Of a stretch of 64,000 nt of DNA, positions 9,372 through 20,321 are shown in pieces (within the stretch, counting starts at the first letter, position 1; the number at the start of each line of letters is the position of its first letter). The stretch is taken from contig JBPOFX010000001.1 of assembly GCA_051252395.1 (NCBI GenBank), forward strand, positions 557,835 through 621,834. The letters are read 5' to 3'. This DNA comes from Phycisphaerales bacterium (GTDB lineage: Bacteria > Planctomycetota > Phycisphaerae > Phycisphaerales > UBA1924). The notes beneath the pieces were generated by a model that was not told the origin of the DNA, did no database searches, and saw only the letters and a program-made list of their open reading frames with translations. The translations under genes and the position numbers were made by a program.

Positions 9372-11075
9372 TCACCACTGCTGGCCGTTGGCACCATTGC
9401 TTGCTGTCGTGGTCTTTCTCTTGACTTGGATATCCGATTTCTTCACACGGTTCTTGACAACACCAGAACCTTGTTTGGGTTTCCCAGAATGCGGGGCTGA
9501 TTGCCCGCCCTTTCTGTGTCCGCGGCTGCTCTTGGATGAGCGATCAGAATCCTGACCCGATTGAGCCAAGGGGAATCCTCCGGAGTCCTTTTTCTTAAAC
9601 CCTTTACCTTTGAAGGGCTTGCTGCTGTTGGACTTCGAGTACGGCTTGGATTCGGAGTTGCGATCGCGTTCTTCGCCTTGCTTGGCTTCGAACTTGCCTG
9701 GTTTTTTACCAAACTTCTTCCCGGGCTTGCTTCGTGGACGATCTCCGTATTGATCGTTTGAGGACTGATCCGGCTTTCCGGAAGGTCGCTGACGATCGAA
9801 ACGCTTTGGCCCATTGGCATTGCGTTGTCCGCGATGCTTCTTTGGAGCGCCACGACGCATTGGATCCGGAGCTTTGAAGGTGATATCGGTGTGGTTGGTC
9901 CCAACTTCGATCGTGATCTTGGTGCGGCGTTCGATGGCTCGGTAGATTCCGAGTTCGCCGTAGTCACACAATGAGATTGCGATTCCGGATGCACCTGCAC
10001 GGGCTGTGCGTCCGATCCGGTGGACATAGGTCTCTGGATCGATTGGCATGTCAAAGTTAACGACATGCGTGATGTTGTCAACATCGATCCCGCGTGATGC
10101 GATATCCGTCGCGACGAGCACTTGTGTGGCGCCGGATTTGAATCGGCGCATCGTTCGCGTACGAGCGTTCTGTGTTTTGTTGCCATGGATCGCTTCAGCG
10201 TTGACACCGGATTGATTCAAGACCTTGACCAGCTTGTCGGCGCCGTGCTTTGTGCGTGTAAAGACGAGCGCACGCCCAACTTCTTCCTCTAGGAGGATGC
10301 GATCGAGCAGTTCCGCTTTAAACTCACGCTCGACAGTGTAAATACGCTGTGCGATGAGCTCCGCAGTGGAGGACTCAGGCGCGGTCTCGACCATTGCTGG
10401 CTCAAAGAGGATCGCGTCAGAGAGCGTCTTGATCTCACGCGACAGGGTCGCAGAGAAGAACAAGGTCTGACGCTCGCTCGGCATCATGTCGATCACTTTG
10501 CGGATGTCGTGGATGAATCCCATATCGAGCATCCGGTCCGCTTCATCAAGCACGAGTGTTTCGACTCGGCTCAGATCGATGTGACCCTGATTCACCAGAT
10601 CCAGCAAACGACCAGGAGTAGCGATCAGGACATCGACTCCAGCACGGAGTTCGCGGACCTGCTTGCTCTGGCTCACGCCGCCGAAGACGACGGAGTGGCG
10701 GAGAGGGAGGTTGCGGCCGTATGCGACGAAGCTCTCAAAGATCTGCATCGCGAGTTCGCGTGTTGGGCAGAGGATGAGTGCGCGAGGGGGTCGGCCGTGT
10801 CCGCCGTTGCGGTTCCGCTTTGCTTTTTTGTGCTTGGTTTCACGCTTGCCCCAGCCTGGATCTTGATCGACTGGTGCGTTCTCTGAGAGTCTGTGAAGGA
10901 TCGGGAGTGCGAAAGCACAAGTCTTCCCGGTGCCTGTTTGAGCACATCCGAGGACATCTTGACCATCCAGTGCAAACGGGATTGATTGCGCTTGGATAGG
11001 AGTCGCCGTGGTGTAGCCTTTATCGGCAACCGCGCGAACGATAGGCTCTGCGAGCCCCAGTTCATTAAAATTCAT
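9372..11075 (-). CDS. DEAD-box ATP-dependent RNA helicase with long basic/RG-rich C-terminal tail
   Basis: Q-motif (TPIQAQSIP), Walker A AQTGTGKT, DEAD, SAT, HRIGRTAR(AG) motifs. The C-terminal ~170 aa are K/R/G-rich and low-complexity. Confidence 0.9.
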   Translation of the reverse strand: MNFNELGLAEPIVRAVADKGYTTATPIQAQSIPFALDGQDVLGCAQTGTGKTCAFALPILHRLSENAPVDQDPGWGKRETKHKKAKRNRNGGHGRPPRALILCPTRELAMQIFESFVAYGRNLPLRHSVVFGGVSQSKQVRELRAGVDVLIATPGRLLDLVNQGHIDLSRVETLVLDEADRMLDMGFIHDIRKVIDMMPSERQTLFFSATLSREIKTLSDAILFEPAMVETAPESSTAELIAQRIYTVEREFKAELLDRILLEEEVGRALVFTRTKHGADKLVKVLNQSGVNAEAIHGNKTQNARTRTMRRFKSGATQVLVATDIASRGIDVDNITHVVNFDMPIDPETYVHRIGRTARAGASGIAISLCDYGELGIYRAIERRTKITIEVGTNHTDITFKAPDPMRRGAPKKHRGQRNANGPKRFDRQRPSGKPDQSSNDQYGDRPRSKPGKKFGKKPGKFEAKQGEERDRNSESKPYSKSNSSKPFKGKGFKKKDSGGFPLAQSGQDSDRSSKSSRGHRKGGQSAPHSGKPKQGSGVVKNRVKKSDIQVKRKTTTASNGANGQQW

Positions 11076-11391
11076 ATTGTTGTTGTCTCTTCGTCCGGAG
11101 TGAGTCGGGCATCGGGTTCCCGTGAATACCGGACTGTCGCTGTACGCCTAGACGCTTAAAGCAATGCTACCGGCGTGAAATGTGTGCCTGTGATCCCGAT
11201 AGTCCACAGTGCGTGGAACACTAGGCAACTGATCTCAGGAAGTCCAGATTTATCAAGCACATAGGAGTTCCAGCATGTCCCTATAAATACTGGCTTTGAA
11301 CCCGTTGCAACTGGACTGTTCATTTCTGGTACAATTCTCAATCAGCGATTCCGCTGGTGGTCTCGAAGATCTTCCGTATTAAAGGGTCAGC

Positions 11392-13323
11392 ATGGCACAA
11401 CGCACACGCTATACCGCACTCTGTGCGGCTGCATTATTCTCGGTTTCCGGATTCCCAGCTCATGGACACGCCGAGCTTGATATCAAGAATCAGTACCTCT
11501 CCAACAGTGATCTCCAACAACGGATCCGATCCTTTGCTGGGTCCAATACATCCGTCCAAACGGCATCGATCGGGACATCTCTCAACGGAGATCCGATTAC
11601 GCTGATCACGCTCTCGCAGCATAGAAACAAATCAGAGCAACACCCGGCTCTGCTCATCACGGCTGGTCTTGACGGGCGGTACTTATCGAGCACAGAAATC
11701 GCGATCAGGATCGCCGAGGATTTGGTTGAGAACCATTCCGATCTGCTTCAAGAGATCACGGTCTACATCATCCCGCAAGTGAATCCCGATGGCGCTGCAA
11801 TGAACTCGGGGACGGTCTACAACGAGCATATTGGGAACGCGCGATCCACAGATGACGACCGAGACCGGGCAGCGGATGAGGACGGCCCAGATGATCTCAA
11901 CGGCGATGGGTTGATCACTATGATGCGGAGACTTAACCCACCATTAAATGATCCTGCGACCCACCTCCAAGATCCTGAGAATCCTTTGCTCAACATCGAG
12001 CCGGATCCGAAGGAAGATCATCGTGCGACCTTTACGCTCTATCCAGAAGGTCTCGACAACGATCTGGACGGATCTATCAATGAAGACGGCGCTGGTAGCG
12101 TTGATCTTGATTCAAACTTCATGCACCGCTGGCCCGAGCATCAGAAGGGGGCGGGCAAGTATCCGTTATCCGAGCCGGAATCACTCGCGCTCGCGGAGTT
12201 TGTGCTTTCGCATGACAACATCGTGATGGCATTGACGATTGGGCGCCATGACAACCTCGTCAATCAACCCGATGCGAAAGCGAAGGACATCACTGGGACA
12301 GCACCCAAGGCGATCGACGCGAAGGATGCTGGTCTCTACAAAGCAATCGGCGAGATGTACACCGAGATCACAGGCATCAACGCAGCTCCGAAAGAAGAGA
12401 TCGCGGGGAGCTTCCATGCTTGGCTCTACGCACAGCGCGGGATCCCAAGCTTTGCGGTAGTGCCTTGGACTAGGCCTGCACCTGAGGGTACGGAATCAGA
12501 GTCCAAGAATGATGACTCAGAATCCACAACCCAAACTCCAGCTATTGAAGGCAATGGATTAACCCCTTCGGGTGTGGGTGACATCAGCATGGAAACGCTT
12601 GATGAGCTCAAAGCCGCGTATGAGGCGCAGACGGGCGAGTCTGTGGATGAATCCATGATCGCGAACATCACTCCCGAGATGGTCGAAGGATTCGCGGCTC
12701 AAGCGGGAATTGAAGTCCGAAGAGTTGTCGAAGGAACCCCCGCTGGTGAACCGACTCCAGCCAAGGGATCAAAGAAGAAAGCTCAGAAGAAGAGCGACGA
12801 CCAGAAATGGCTTGACTACTTTGAACAAGCGGATATTGATGGATTTGTGGAGTGGGAGCCGTACGAGCATCCAACGCTCGGGAGTGTTGAGATCGGTGGT
12901 TTCTTGCCGCACGCGAGGATCAATCCTCCAGCCTCGGAGCTTGATCCAATCGCTCAGCGTATGACAGCGTTTGTGGTCAAGCTGATCGAATCTAGGCCGG
13001 TTCTGAACACCGTCGGCCCTGAAGTCAAAGAACTCGCATCGGGGGTCTACGAGATCCGATTCTCTGTGACAAACGAGGGCAAAGTCCCTACGACCACAGC
13101 ACATTCCCGATCATCCAAGTCTACAAAGCCGACGATTGTTCGACTCTCCAGCGAGGTTGACCAGATCATAACCGGACAGCGTGTGTCACGAGTTTGGGGG
13201 ATCGATCCGCACGGCGGACGATCGGATCATCACTGGATTATCCGCACAAACAATATCAACAACGAACGCATCGAGATCATCGATCCACGCTTCGGGAACC
13301 GCACAATTGAGCTAGGACGATAA
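11392..13323 (+). CDS. secreted M14-like zinc carboxypeptidase family protein (paralog 1, divergent)
   Basis: 643 aa. Signal peptide, then a peptidase-M14-like core (PALLITAGLDGRY...). The first of two tandem paralogs, separated by 2 nt. Confidence 0.55.
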   Translation: MAQRTRYTALCAAALFSVSGFPAHGHAELDIKNQYLSNSDLQQRIRSFAGSNTSVQTASIGTSLNGDPITLITLSQHRNKSEQHPALLITAGLDGRYLSSTEIAIRIAEDLVENHSDLLQEITVYIIPQVNPDGAAMNSGTVYNEHIGNARSTDDDRDRAADEDGPDDLNGDGLITMMRRLNPPLNDPATHLQDPENPLLNIEPDPKEDHRATFTLYPEGLDNDLDGSINEDGAGSVDLDSNFMHRWPEHQKGAGKYPLSEPESLALAEFVLSHDNIVMALTIGRHDNLVNQPDAKAKDITGTAPKAIDAKDAGLYKAIGEMYTEITGINAAPKEEIAGSFHAWLYAQRGIPSFAVVPWTRPAPEGTESESKNDDSESTTQTPAIEGNGLTPSGVGDISMETLDELKAAYEAQTGESVDESMIANITPEMVEGFAAQAGIEVRRVVEGTPAGEPTPAKGSKKKAQKKSDDQKWLDYFEQADIDGFVEWEPYEHPTLGSVEIGGFLPHARINPPASELDPIAQRMTAFVVKLIESRPVLNTVGPEVKELASGVYEIRFSVTNEGKVPTTTAHSRSSKSTKPTIVRLSSEVDQIITGQRVSRVWGIDPHGGRSDHHWIIRTNNINNERIEIIDPRFGNRTIELGR

Positions 13324-13325
13324 TC

Positions 13326-15089
13326 ATGAAAACAAAATCCACTACTCAAAAATCATTCAGTGTCGCAACAGTATTGGCGGCGGTCGGACTCTGCAGCCCG
13401 CTTGCACATGCACAACAACAAGTGCCTTCTGAGATCGATGTCTCTTGGAACCGGTTTTATGATGCCGACGAGATGAACACGATCATCAAGGATCTCGTCA
13501 ATGCGTATCCAGAACTGCTGACGCTGGAATCGCTCGGCAAGAGCGAACAGGGTCGCGATATGTGGCTCGTAACGCTCAACAACCCCAAGACCGGTCCTGC
13601 ATCAGAAAAACCAGCGATGTATATCGACGGCAATGTCCATGGCAACGAAATCCAAGCAACGGAAACCGTTCTCTACTCCATCTGGTACCTCACCAAAAGT
13701 TACGGCAAGGTCGATCAACTCACCGAACTCATGGACCGTGTCGCGTTTTACTTTGTCCCATCACAGAACCCAGATGGTCGCGCGGAGTGGTTTGCCAACC
13801 CCAACTCCCCACACTCCGCACGAACCGGACAGCGCCCAACTGACAACGACTATGACGGGCTGTACGACGAAGACGGCCCAGAAGATCTCGACGGGGACGG
13901 CAGCATCACACAGATGTGGAAACTGGATCCCAACGGGAACTACCGACGCAATGATTTGGACCCTCGGATCATCGAGCGTGCACCTGAAGGGACACAGGGA
14001 ACCTTGACCCGCCTTGGGTCAGAAGGCATCGACAACGATGGTGACGGTCGGATCAACGAAGATGGCCCAGGCGGATACGACATGAACCGCAACTGGGCAA
14101 GCGATTGGCAACCCAACTACATCCAGTACGGTGCGGGACAGCGTCCGTTTGATAGTCCTGAAACCAACTCGATCGCGCAGTTTATTCTCGATCACCCCAA
14201 CATTGCTGCAGGACAGAGCTACCACAATACCGGAGGCATGATCCTGCGTGGACCTGGAGCGAAGTACCTCGGAGATCTCTATCCATCGGGTGACCGACGC
14301 GTCTATGACAAACTCGGGAGTGCTGGGGAGGACCTGCTCCCCTACTACGACTACATGGTCATCCATGCGGATCTCTACACCGTCCACGGCGGATTCGTGA
14401 ACTGGCTCGCGGAAGGTCTCGGGATCGTGAGTTTCACCAATGAACTCTGGACAAACTCGCGGATGATGCCTGACCCGGATCGTGAGTTCACTCCAGCTGA
14501 GCGGATGCACTGGCAAGACAGGATGCTCTTCGGTCAGACATTCACTGACTACACCGAATACGATCACCCTGAGCACGGGAAAGTTTTGATCGGAGGCGGG
14601 ACGAAGTATTCATCGCGGGTCACCCCGCCGTTCATGCTTGAGGAGGGGTGCCATCGGAACTTCGCGTTCACGATGTTCCACGCTCAGCAGATGCCTGAGC
14701 TCTCGTACAAATGGATTGAGTGCAAAGAACTCGATCAGGGACTCTGGCAAGTGACTGTCGAGATCGAGAACTCCAAACTCATCCCGACTCGCATGCAACT
14801 CGCGCAGAGGAAGAATATCGGTCTGCCTGATCTTCTCGAGCTTTCCGGCGCAGAAGTGGTGCTTTCAGGACGGCTCTCGGACCGATTTGATCGCACACTA
14901 GACCCTGTCGAGCATCGGCCTGCAAAGATCTTTGTGAACGAAGGCATTGGGAGCGAAGATCTCTCAACCTTCCGTTTCCTAGTACAAGGATCGCAAGGCG
15001 AATCCATCACGCTGAGTTATACCGCTGAGAAGGCGCGGGATATCGAAGTCAGTTTCAATCTCTCCGATGGAGTTGTCAATCTCGATTAG
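13326..15089 (+). CDS. secreted M14 zinc carboxypeptidase (paralog 2)
   Basis: 587 aa. Signal peptide. Canonical M14 zinc ligands in YIDGNVHGNEIQATE (HxxE) and downstream residues. Confidence 0.8.
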   Translation: MKTKSTTQKSFSVATVLAAVGLCSPLAHAQQQVPSEIDVSWNRFYDADEMNTIIKDLVNAYPELLTLESLGKSEQGRDMWLVTLNNPKTGPASEKPAMYIDGNVHGNEIQATETVLYSIWYLTKSYGKVDQLTELMDRVAFYFVPSQNPDGRAEWFANPNSPHSARTGQRPTDNDYDGLYDEDGPEDLDGDGSITQMWKLDPNGNYRRNDLDPRIIERAPEGTQGTLTRLGSEGIDNDGDGRINEDGPGGYDMNRNWASDWQPNYIQYGAGQRPFDSPETNSIAQFILDHPNIAAGQSYHNTGGMILRGPGAKYLGDLYPSGDRRVYDKLGSAGEDLLPYYDYMVIHADLYTVHGGFVNWLAEGLGIVSFTNELWTNSRMMPDPDREFTPAERMHWQDRMLFGQTFTDYTEYDHPEHGKVLIGGGTKYSSRVTPPFMLEEGCHRNFAFTMFHAQQMPELSYKWIECKELDQGLWQVTVEIENSKLIPTRMQLAQRKNIGLPDLLELSGAEVVLSGRLSDRFDRTLDPVEHRPAKIFVNEGIGSEDLSTFRFLVQGSQGESITLSYTAEKARDIEVSFNLSDGVVNLD

Positions 15090-15093
15090 TCGA

Positions 15094-16128
15094 TCAGTGG
15101 ACTTCCCAAGACTCGTTCCCGGTTACGAGTGCCTGCAGATCCATGTTCCGACCATCCTGCTTGGATGCCTCGACTTGGCCATGCAGCATCTCGTTGTAGG
15201 TCGGTTTCGACGGATCAGCATGAAGCACACCGATCGGCTCTGGGAACTCCGGATGAGCCATCTGTGAGTAGATGTACGCGAGGGTCATATCGGTCTCGTC
15301 GTGGACGAGCAGGTCAGCGCTCCCGATCCCGTCTTCGCCGATCGTGACCACAGTCGGACGGGTACCCTGGAGTTTGATCCCCTTGTTTCGTTCCGCGCCG
15401 AAGATCAAAGGCTTGCCGTGCTCGAGTTCGATTGTGGTCTCGGCGCGGGTGTCTTTTTGTGATGCGTACCACCACGCTTTGTGATTGAAGATGTTGCAGT
15501 CTTGGTAGATCTCAACAAAGGAAGTTCCCTTGTGTCCCATTGCACGCTTGATGAGTTGATCGAGTCCCTTCATGTCAACATCGATCCCACGCGCGATGAA
15601 CGAGCATCCCGCTGCGACAGAGATCGCGACAGGATTCACAGGGTAATCGATCGATCCAGCGGGAGAGGTTGGGGAGATCTTTCCTGTCTCGCTGGTTGGT
15701 GAGTACTGCCCTTTGGTTAGGCCGTAGATCTTGTTGTTGAGGAGGAAGATCGAGATGTCCAGGTTCCGGCGCATCGTGTGGATCGTGTGGTTCCCACCGA
15801 TCGAGAACAGGTCTCCGTCTCCAGAGACCACATTGACCGCGAGGTCGGGGTTTGCCGTTTTGACCCCTGTCGCGACGGCGAGTGCGCGACCATGGATGGA
15901 GTGCATGCCGTAGGTTTCCATGTAGTATGGGAAACGCGCGGCGCAACCGATGCCTGAGATAAAGACAACATCTTCCTTCTTGCGACCTATGTCAGGCATG
16001 GCCTTACGCATCGCAGAGAGAACGGCGTAATCGCCGCAGCCTGGACACCAGCGGACATCCTGATCGGTCGTGAAGTCCTTCGCGGTGTACACGGGGAGTT
16101 GTGTGTCTTTGGATTCGAGTGTGCTCAT
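15094..16128 (-). CDS. korB: 2-oxoacid:ferredoxin oxidoreductase beta subunit (TPP-binding)
   Basis: CPGCGDYA TPP/Fe-S region typical of KorB/PorB. It overlaps korA by 4 nt. Confidence 0.85.
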   Translation of the reverse strand: MSTLESKDTQLPVYTAKDFTTDQDVRWCPGCGDYAVLSAMRKAMPDIGRKKEDVVFISGIGCAARFPYYMETYGMHSIHGRALAVATGVKTANPDLAVNVVSGDGDLFSIGGNHTIHTMRRNLDISIFLLNNKIYGLTKGQYSPTSETGKISPTSPAGSIDYPVNPVAISVAAGCSFIARGIDVDMKGLDQLIKRAMGHKGTSFVEIYQDCNIFNHKAWWYASQKDTRAETTIELEHGKPLIFGAERNKGIKLQGTRPTVVTIGEDGIGSADLLVHDETDMTLAYIYSQMAHPEFPEPIGVLHADPSKPTYNEMLHGQVEASKQDGRNMDLQALVTGNESWEVH

Positions 16129-18047
16129 GACTTCATCGCCTCCTCGATCTCTTCGACCAGAGTCCCGACTTTGAATGGCTGCCCCTTCACGATGTTGATC
16201 CCAACGGTATCAATCAAGAACTTCGATCGGATCAGGACACTGAGCTGACCAAGATTGATCTCTGGGATGATGATCCGCTTGAATGATCGCAGGACTTGCT
16301 CAGTGTTTGAAGGGAATGGGTTCAAGTACTGCAGGTGTGCGCTGCTGACTTGGTGGCCCTTGTTGCGGAGTTCACGCACTGCTGTGGTGATCGAGCCGTA
16401 GGTGCCTCCCCATCCCAGCACCAGTGTGTCTCCAGACTCCGCTCCATCAACTTCCAGCAATGGGATCGAATCAGCAGCACGAGCGACCTTCTCCGCACGC
16501 GTACGGACCATCGCGTCGTGGTTGTCGGGATCATACGAGACATTCCCGGTTTCGGCCTCTTTCTCCAAGCTCCCAACACGATGCTCAAGACCCTCCGTAC
16601 CTGGGATCGCCCATTTGCGTGCGAGCGTTTCTGGGTTGCGTTCATAAGGCAGGAAGGTGTCTCCTGTCACATCATCGAGCGTTGGGTGGCTGATCTCGAT
16701 CTCAGGGATCTGCGAAACATCAGGCACTTTCCAAGGTTCCGCACCGTTCGCGATGTATCCATCCGAAAGATAAATCACAGGACACATGTACTCGACCGAC
16801 AAGCGGACCGCTTCGATGGCCATATTGAAACAATCGGACGGACTCCGAGGTGCCACCACAAGCACCGGACTTTCGCAGTGACGACCAAACATCGCTTGGA
16901 GCAGATCAGCTTGTTCTGTTTTGGTAGGTAATCCAGTCGCAGGACCAGCACGCTGGACATCAACCACGACAAGCGGGAGCTCGAGCATCATCGCGAGCCC
17001 CAGTGCTTCGCCTTTGAGAGCGAGTCCGGGTCCGGAGGTCCCCGTCACACCAATATCTCCCGCGAAGCTCGCGCCGATCGCGGTACAGACCGCTGCGATC
17101 TCGTCTTCCGATTGGATGGTCTTGATCCCGAACCGTTTGAGATTCGCCAGTCCATGCAAGACATTCGACGCCGGCGTGATCGGATAACTCGCGTAGGTGA
17201 GCGACTTTTGGGCTTTCTGCGCCGCCGTCACCAATCCGAGGACGGTTGCTTCGTTGCCGCTGATCTGTCGGTAAAGACCTGGCTCTTGTTTCGCGGCTGG
17301 GACTCGGTAACGAGACGCGAAAAGCTCGGTAGTTTCACCGAAGTAGTACCCCGCTTCCAGAGCACGGATATTGATCTCCGCGATTTTGGGAAGCCCCTTC
17401 TTCTTCTCAAACTTCTGGATCAAGTACGATTTGGTCGTGTCGACCGGACGCTCGTAGAGCCAGTAGACGATCCCCAACGCAAACATGTTTCGGCACTTAT
17501 TGACATCTTTCGCGCCCATCCCAGAATCTGCGAGCGATTCCTTGGTCATGCGTGACATTGGGACCTTGACGAGGTTGTAGGTACTCGCGATTTGTTCATC
17601 TTCGAGTGGGTTGTATCCATCCGGATAGCCGCACTTGGAAAGATTGCCCTTCGTGAACTCGTCCTCGTTGACGATGACGATCCCTCCCGGCTCAACATCA
17701 GGGAGGTTCACCTTCAGTCCTGCAGGGTTCATCGCGACGATCGCGTTGACGCGATCGCCGGGTGTATAGATGTCGCTGCTTGAGAACTGGAGCTGGAATC
17801 CTGAGACGCCGAAGGTGGTCCCTTTGGGAGCGCGGATTTCAGCCGGGAAGTCTGGGAAGGTCGCGAAGTCGTTCCCGAAGAGCGCCGAGGTTTCAGTGAA
17901 CTGACCACCGGTGAGTTGCATGCCGTCGCCGGAGTCGCCGCAGAAGCGGATCACAACGGTTTCGAGGGTGGAGGTGGGTTTCTCTATTATCTGGTCAGAA
18001 GGCATGGGAGCCGCGCCTTTGGAGAGAGGATTGGGGCTCGGCTCCAA
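16125..18047 (-). CDS. korA: 2-oxoacid:ferredoxin oxidoreductase alpha subunit
   Basis: 640 aa with the N-terminal KorA/PorA domains. It is translationally coupled to korB. Confidence 0.85.
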   Translation of the reverse strand: MEPSPNPLSKGAAPMPSDQIIEKPTSTLETVVIRFCGDSGDGMQLTGGQFTETSALFGNDFATFPDFPAEIRAPKGTTFGVSGFQLQFSSSDIYTPGDRVNAIVAMNPAGLKVNLPDVEPGGIVIVNEDEFTKGNLSKCGYPDGYNPLEDEQIASTYNLVKVPMSRMTKESLADSGMGAKDVNKCRNMFALGIVYWLYERPVDTTKSYLIQKFEKKKGLPKIAEINIRALEAGYYFGETTELFASRYRVPAAKQEPGLYRQISGNEATVLGLVTAAQKAQKSLTYASYPITPASNVLHGLANLKRFGIKTIQSEDEIAAVCTAIGASFAGDIGVTGTSGPGLALKGEALGLAMMLELPLVVVDVQRAGPATGLPTKTEQADLLQAMFGRHCESPVLVVAPRSPSDCFNMAIEAVRLSVEYMCPVIYLSDGYIANGAEPWKVPDVSQIPEIEISHPTLDDVTGDTFLPYERNPETLARKWAIPGTEGLEHRVGSLEKEAETGNVSYDPDNHDAMVRTRAEKVARAADSIPLLEVDGAESGDTLVLGWGGTYGSITTAVRELRNKGHQVSSAHLQYLNPFPSNTEQVLRSFKRIIIPEINLGQLSVLIRSKFLIDTVGINIVKGQPFKVGTLVEEIEEAMKS

Positions 18048-18220
18048 CAGAACCGAATCGTACTCTATTTTAGGCCTTCACCTTTGGATCAACAGGGATT
18101 CTTCACAATCGGAATCAGATGATTTCCAGTGCTACTCTTCCTGTTGCTGCGATTCTGTAAGATCCTGTTGCGGATCGGAATACGCATGATCGATTCAAAC
18201 CCACAAGACACCCAGTCCAC

Positions 18221-20035
18221 ATGCTCCTGACCGCACGAAACTTGATCAAGGCGTACCCTGCAAACCTGCTGTTTGAGGGGATCGGGATAACTGTTCACGA
18301 AGGTGAACGGATCGGACTCATCGGTCCCAACGGCTCTGGGAAATCGACCCTTCTCAAGATCCTCGCAGGGATCCTCGAACCTGATGACGGCGAAGTTGTC
18401 CGGAATCGTGGATTGCGTGCCGTGTATGTTGAGCAGGATGACCGATTTGCTGACGACGCGACCCCATTATCCGTGGTTCAGGAGAGTCTGGATCATTCTG
18501 ATGACTCGGGAATGGATCCAGCGACCAGAGCATCGATCACCCTCACAAAGCTCGGATTTACTGATCTTGATCGATCCGTCGGCACCCTCTCAGGAGGTTG
18601 GCGGAAACGACTCGCGATTGCGAAGGCGCTCGCGCAGGATCCCGAACTCTTGATGCTCGATGAGCCGACCAACCACCTCGATCTTGAAGGCGTGCTTTGG
18701 CTTGAACGATTCGTACAGCAGGTTTCCTGCGCGATCGTGTTCGTCACCCACGATCGGCGATTCCTCGAAAACACCGCAACCCGAATCATCGAACTCTCCA
18801 AGGCGTATCCCGGAGGATCATTCGAATCCGAAGGCAACTACACAGAGTTCGTCAAACGCAAAGACGCGTTCCTCGAAGCACAGCAAGCAGAGCAAACCAG
18901 CATCGCGACCAAGGTCCGGCGCGATACGGCTTGGCTCAATCAAGGGATCCAGGGTAGACAAACCCGAAACAAGACGCAGGTCCAAGCCGCGGCTGCTCGA
19001 CGCGAACAACTCAAAGCGACTAGCGATCGAAATGCGGCACCTACGCGCACGGCTTCATTCGCGTTCCACTCAACCAATCGGAAGACAACCAAGCTCCTAA
19101 CGCTCGAAGGTGTTTCCAAATCGATGGGCGACAAGCAACTCTTCGATTCGCTCAGTCTCACGCTCACTCCAAAGCAACGCATCGGACTCCTCGGCGTCAA
19201 CGGCTCAGGAAAAACAACACTCATGCGTTTGATGTCCGGAGATCTGCTGCCCGATTCAGGTTCGATCATGCGTGCAGATGATCTGCAGGTGGTCACATTC
19301 AGTCAACATCGAGAAACCCTGAACCAGAACCACACGCTGCAAGAAGCACTGTGCCCCTACGGCGAGACTGTCAACTATCACGGACACTCCTTCCATGTCT
19401 CTGGATGGGCGACACGATTCCTCTTCAGCAAAGACCAACTCTCCACTCCAATCAAGAACCTCTCAGGTGGCGAGCAAGCACGCGTGCTGATCGCAAATCT
19501 CTCCCTGCTCCCAGCAGATGTACTGCTCCTCGACGAACCCACCAACGACCTCGACATCCCTTCGCTCGAAGTCCTCGAACAATCACTCATGGAGTTCACT
19601 GGATCGATCGTGCTCGTCACCCACGACCGATTCTTGCTCGAACGCATCTCCACCGAATATCTAGCACTCAACAACGAGGGTGATGCGAAGTGGTTCGCCT
19701 CGATCGAGCAATGGCAGAAAGCATCCAAAGCCGCAGCCACTCAAGCGACTACAAAGGCTCCGAGTTCGAACACAGAAAAGAAAGCTCAGAGCACAACCAA
19801 GCCTACTACGAAACTCTCCTACAAGTACCAACTCGAGTTCGACGGTATGGAAGATGCAATTCTCGAAGCTGAGACCCGTGTCGAGGAACTCGAGGCAGAA
19901 GCGGCTGATCCGGCACTTGTTGCAGATCATCAGCGGGCGACCGAAGTCTATTCCAAACTCAAAGATGCACAAGCCCATGTCGCCCAGCTGTATGCACGAT
20001 GGTCGGAGCTTGAAGCGATGCAAAGCGGAGCATGA
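18221..20035 (+). CDS. ABC-F family ATPase (two tandem ABC domains, no TMD; EttA/Uup/YbiT type)
   Basis: Two Walker A sites (GPNGSGKST, GVNGSGKTT), two LSGG signatures, an inter-domain linker and a C-terminal coiled coil. Confidence 0.9.
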   Translation: MLLTARNLIKAYPANLLFEGIGITVHEGERIGLIGPNGSGKSTLLKILAGILEPDDGEVVRNRGLRAVYVEQDDRFADDATPLSVVQESLDHSDDSGMDPATRASITLTKLGFTDLDRSVGTLSGGWRKRLAIAKALAQDPELLMLDEPTNHLDLEGVLWLERFVQQVSCAIVFVTHDRRFLENTATRIIELSKAYPGGSFESEGNYTEFVKRKDAFLEAQQAEQTSIATKVRRDTAWLNQGIQGRQTRNKTQVQAAAARREQLKATSDRNAAPTRTASFAFHSTNRKTTKLLTLEGVSKSMGDKQLFDSLSLTLTPKQRIGLLGVNGSGKTTLMRLMSGDLLPDSGSIMRADDLQVVTFSQHRETLNQNHTLQEALCPYGETVNYHGHSFHVSGWATRFLFSKDQLSTPIKNLSGGEQARVLIANLSLLPADVLLLDEPTNDLDIPSLEVLEQSLMEFTGSIVLVTHDRFLLERISTEYLALNNEGDAKWFASIEQWQKASKAAATQATTKAPSSNTEKKAQSTTKPTTKLSYKYQLEFDGMEDAILEAETRVEELEAEAADPALVADHQRATEVYSKLKDAQAHVAQLYARWSELEAMQSGA

Positions 20036-20321
20036 TCAGAGATCTGCATCGTCCCTAGACATCATTCCTGCATGAACTTGTGGTTTCAAAGCTCGCCTGT
20101 AGTTGTTGAAGCGTGCTGAATGAAGAGTTACGCTTCAGATTTGAATCAAGTGTACAACGATCAAGCACAGCATATATAAAGGACTCGCAAATGAATGCAA
20201 GTCCTTTAGTGTCTAGCAATGATGGTGGGCAAAACTAATTGGCTGACGCGAGCGAGTTTTCTATCCTGAGTTATAGATGATCACTTCAAAGTGATGGCTG
20301 AAAAGTCACAGCCGATTCTGA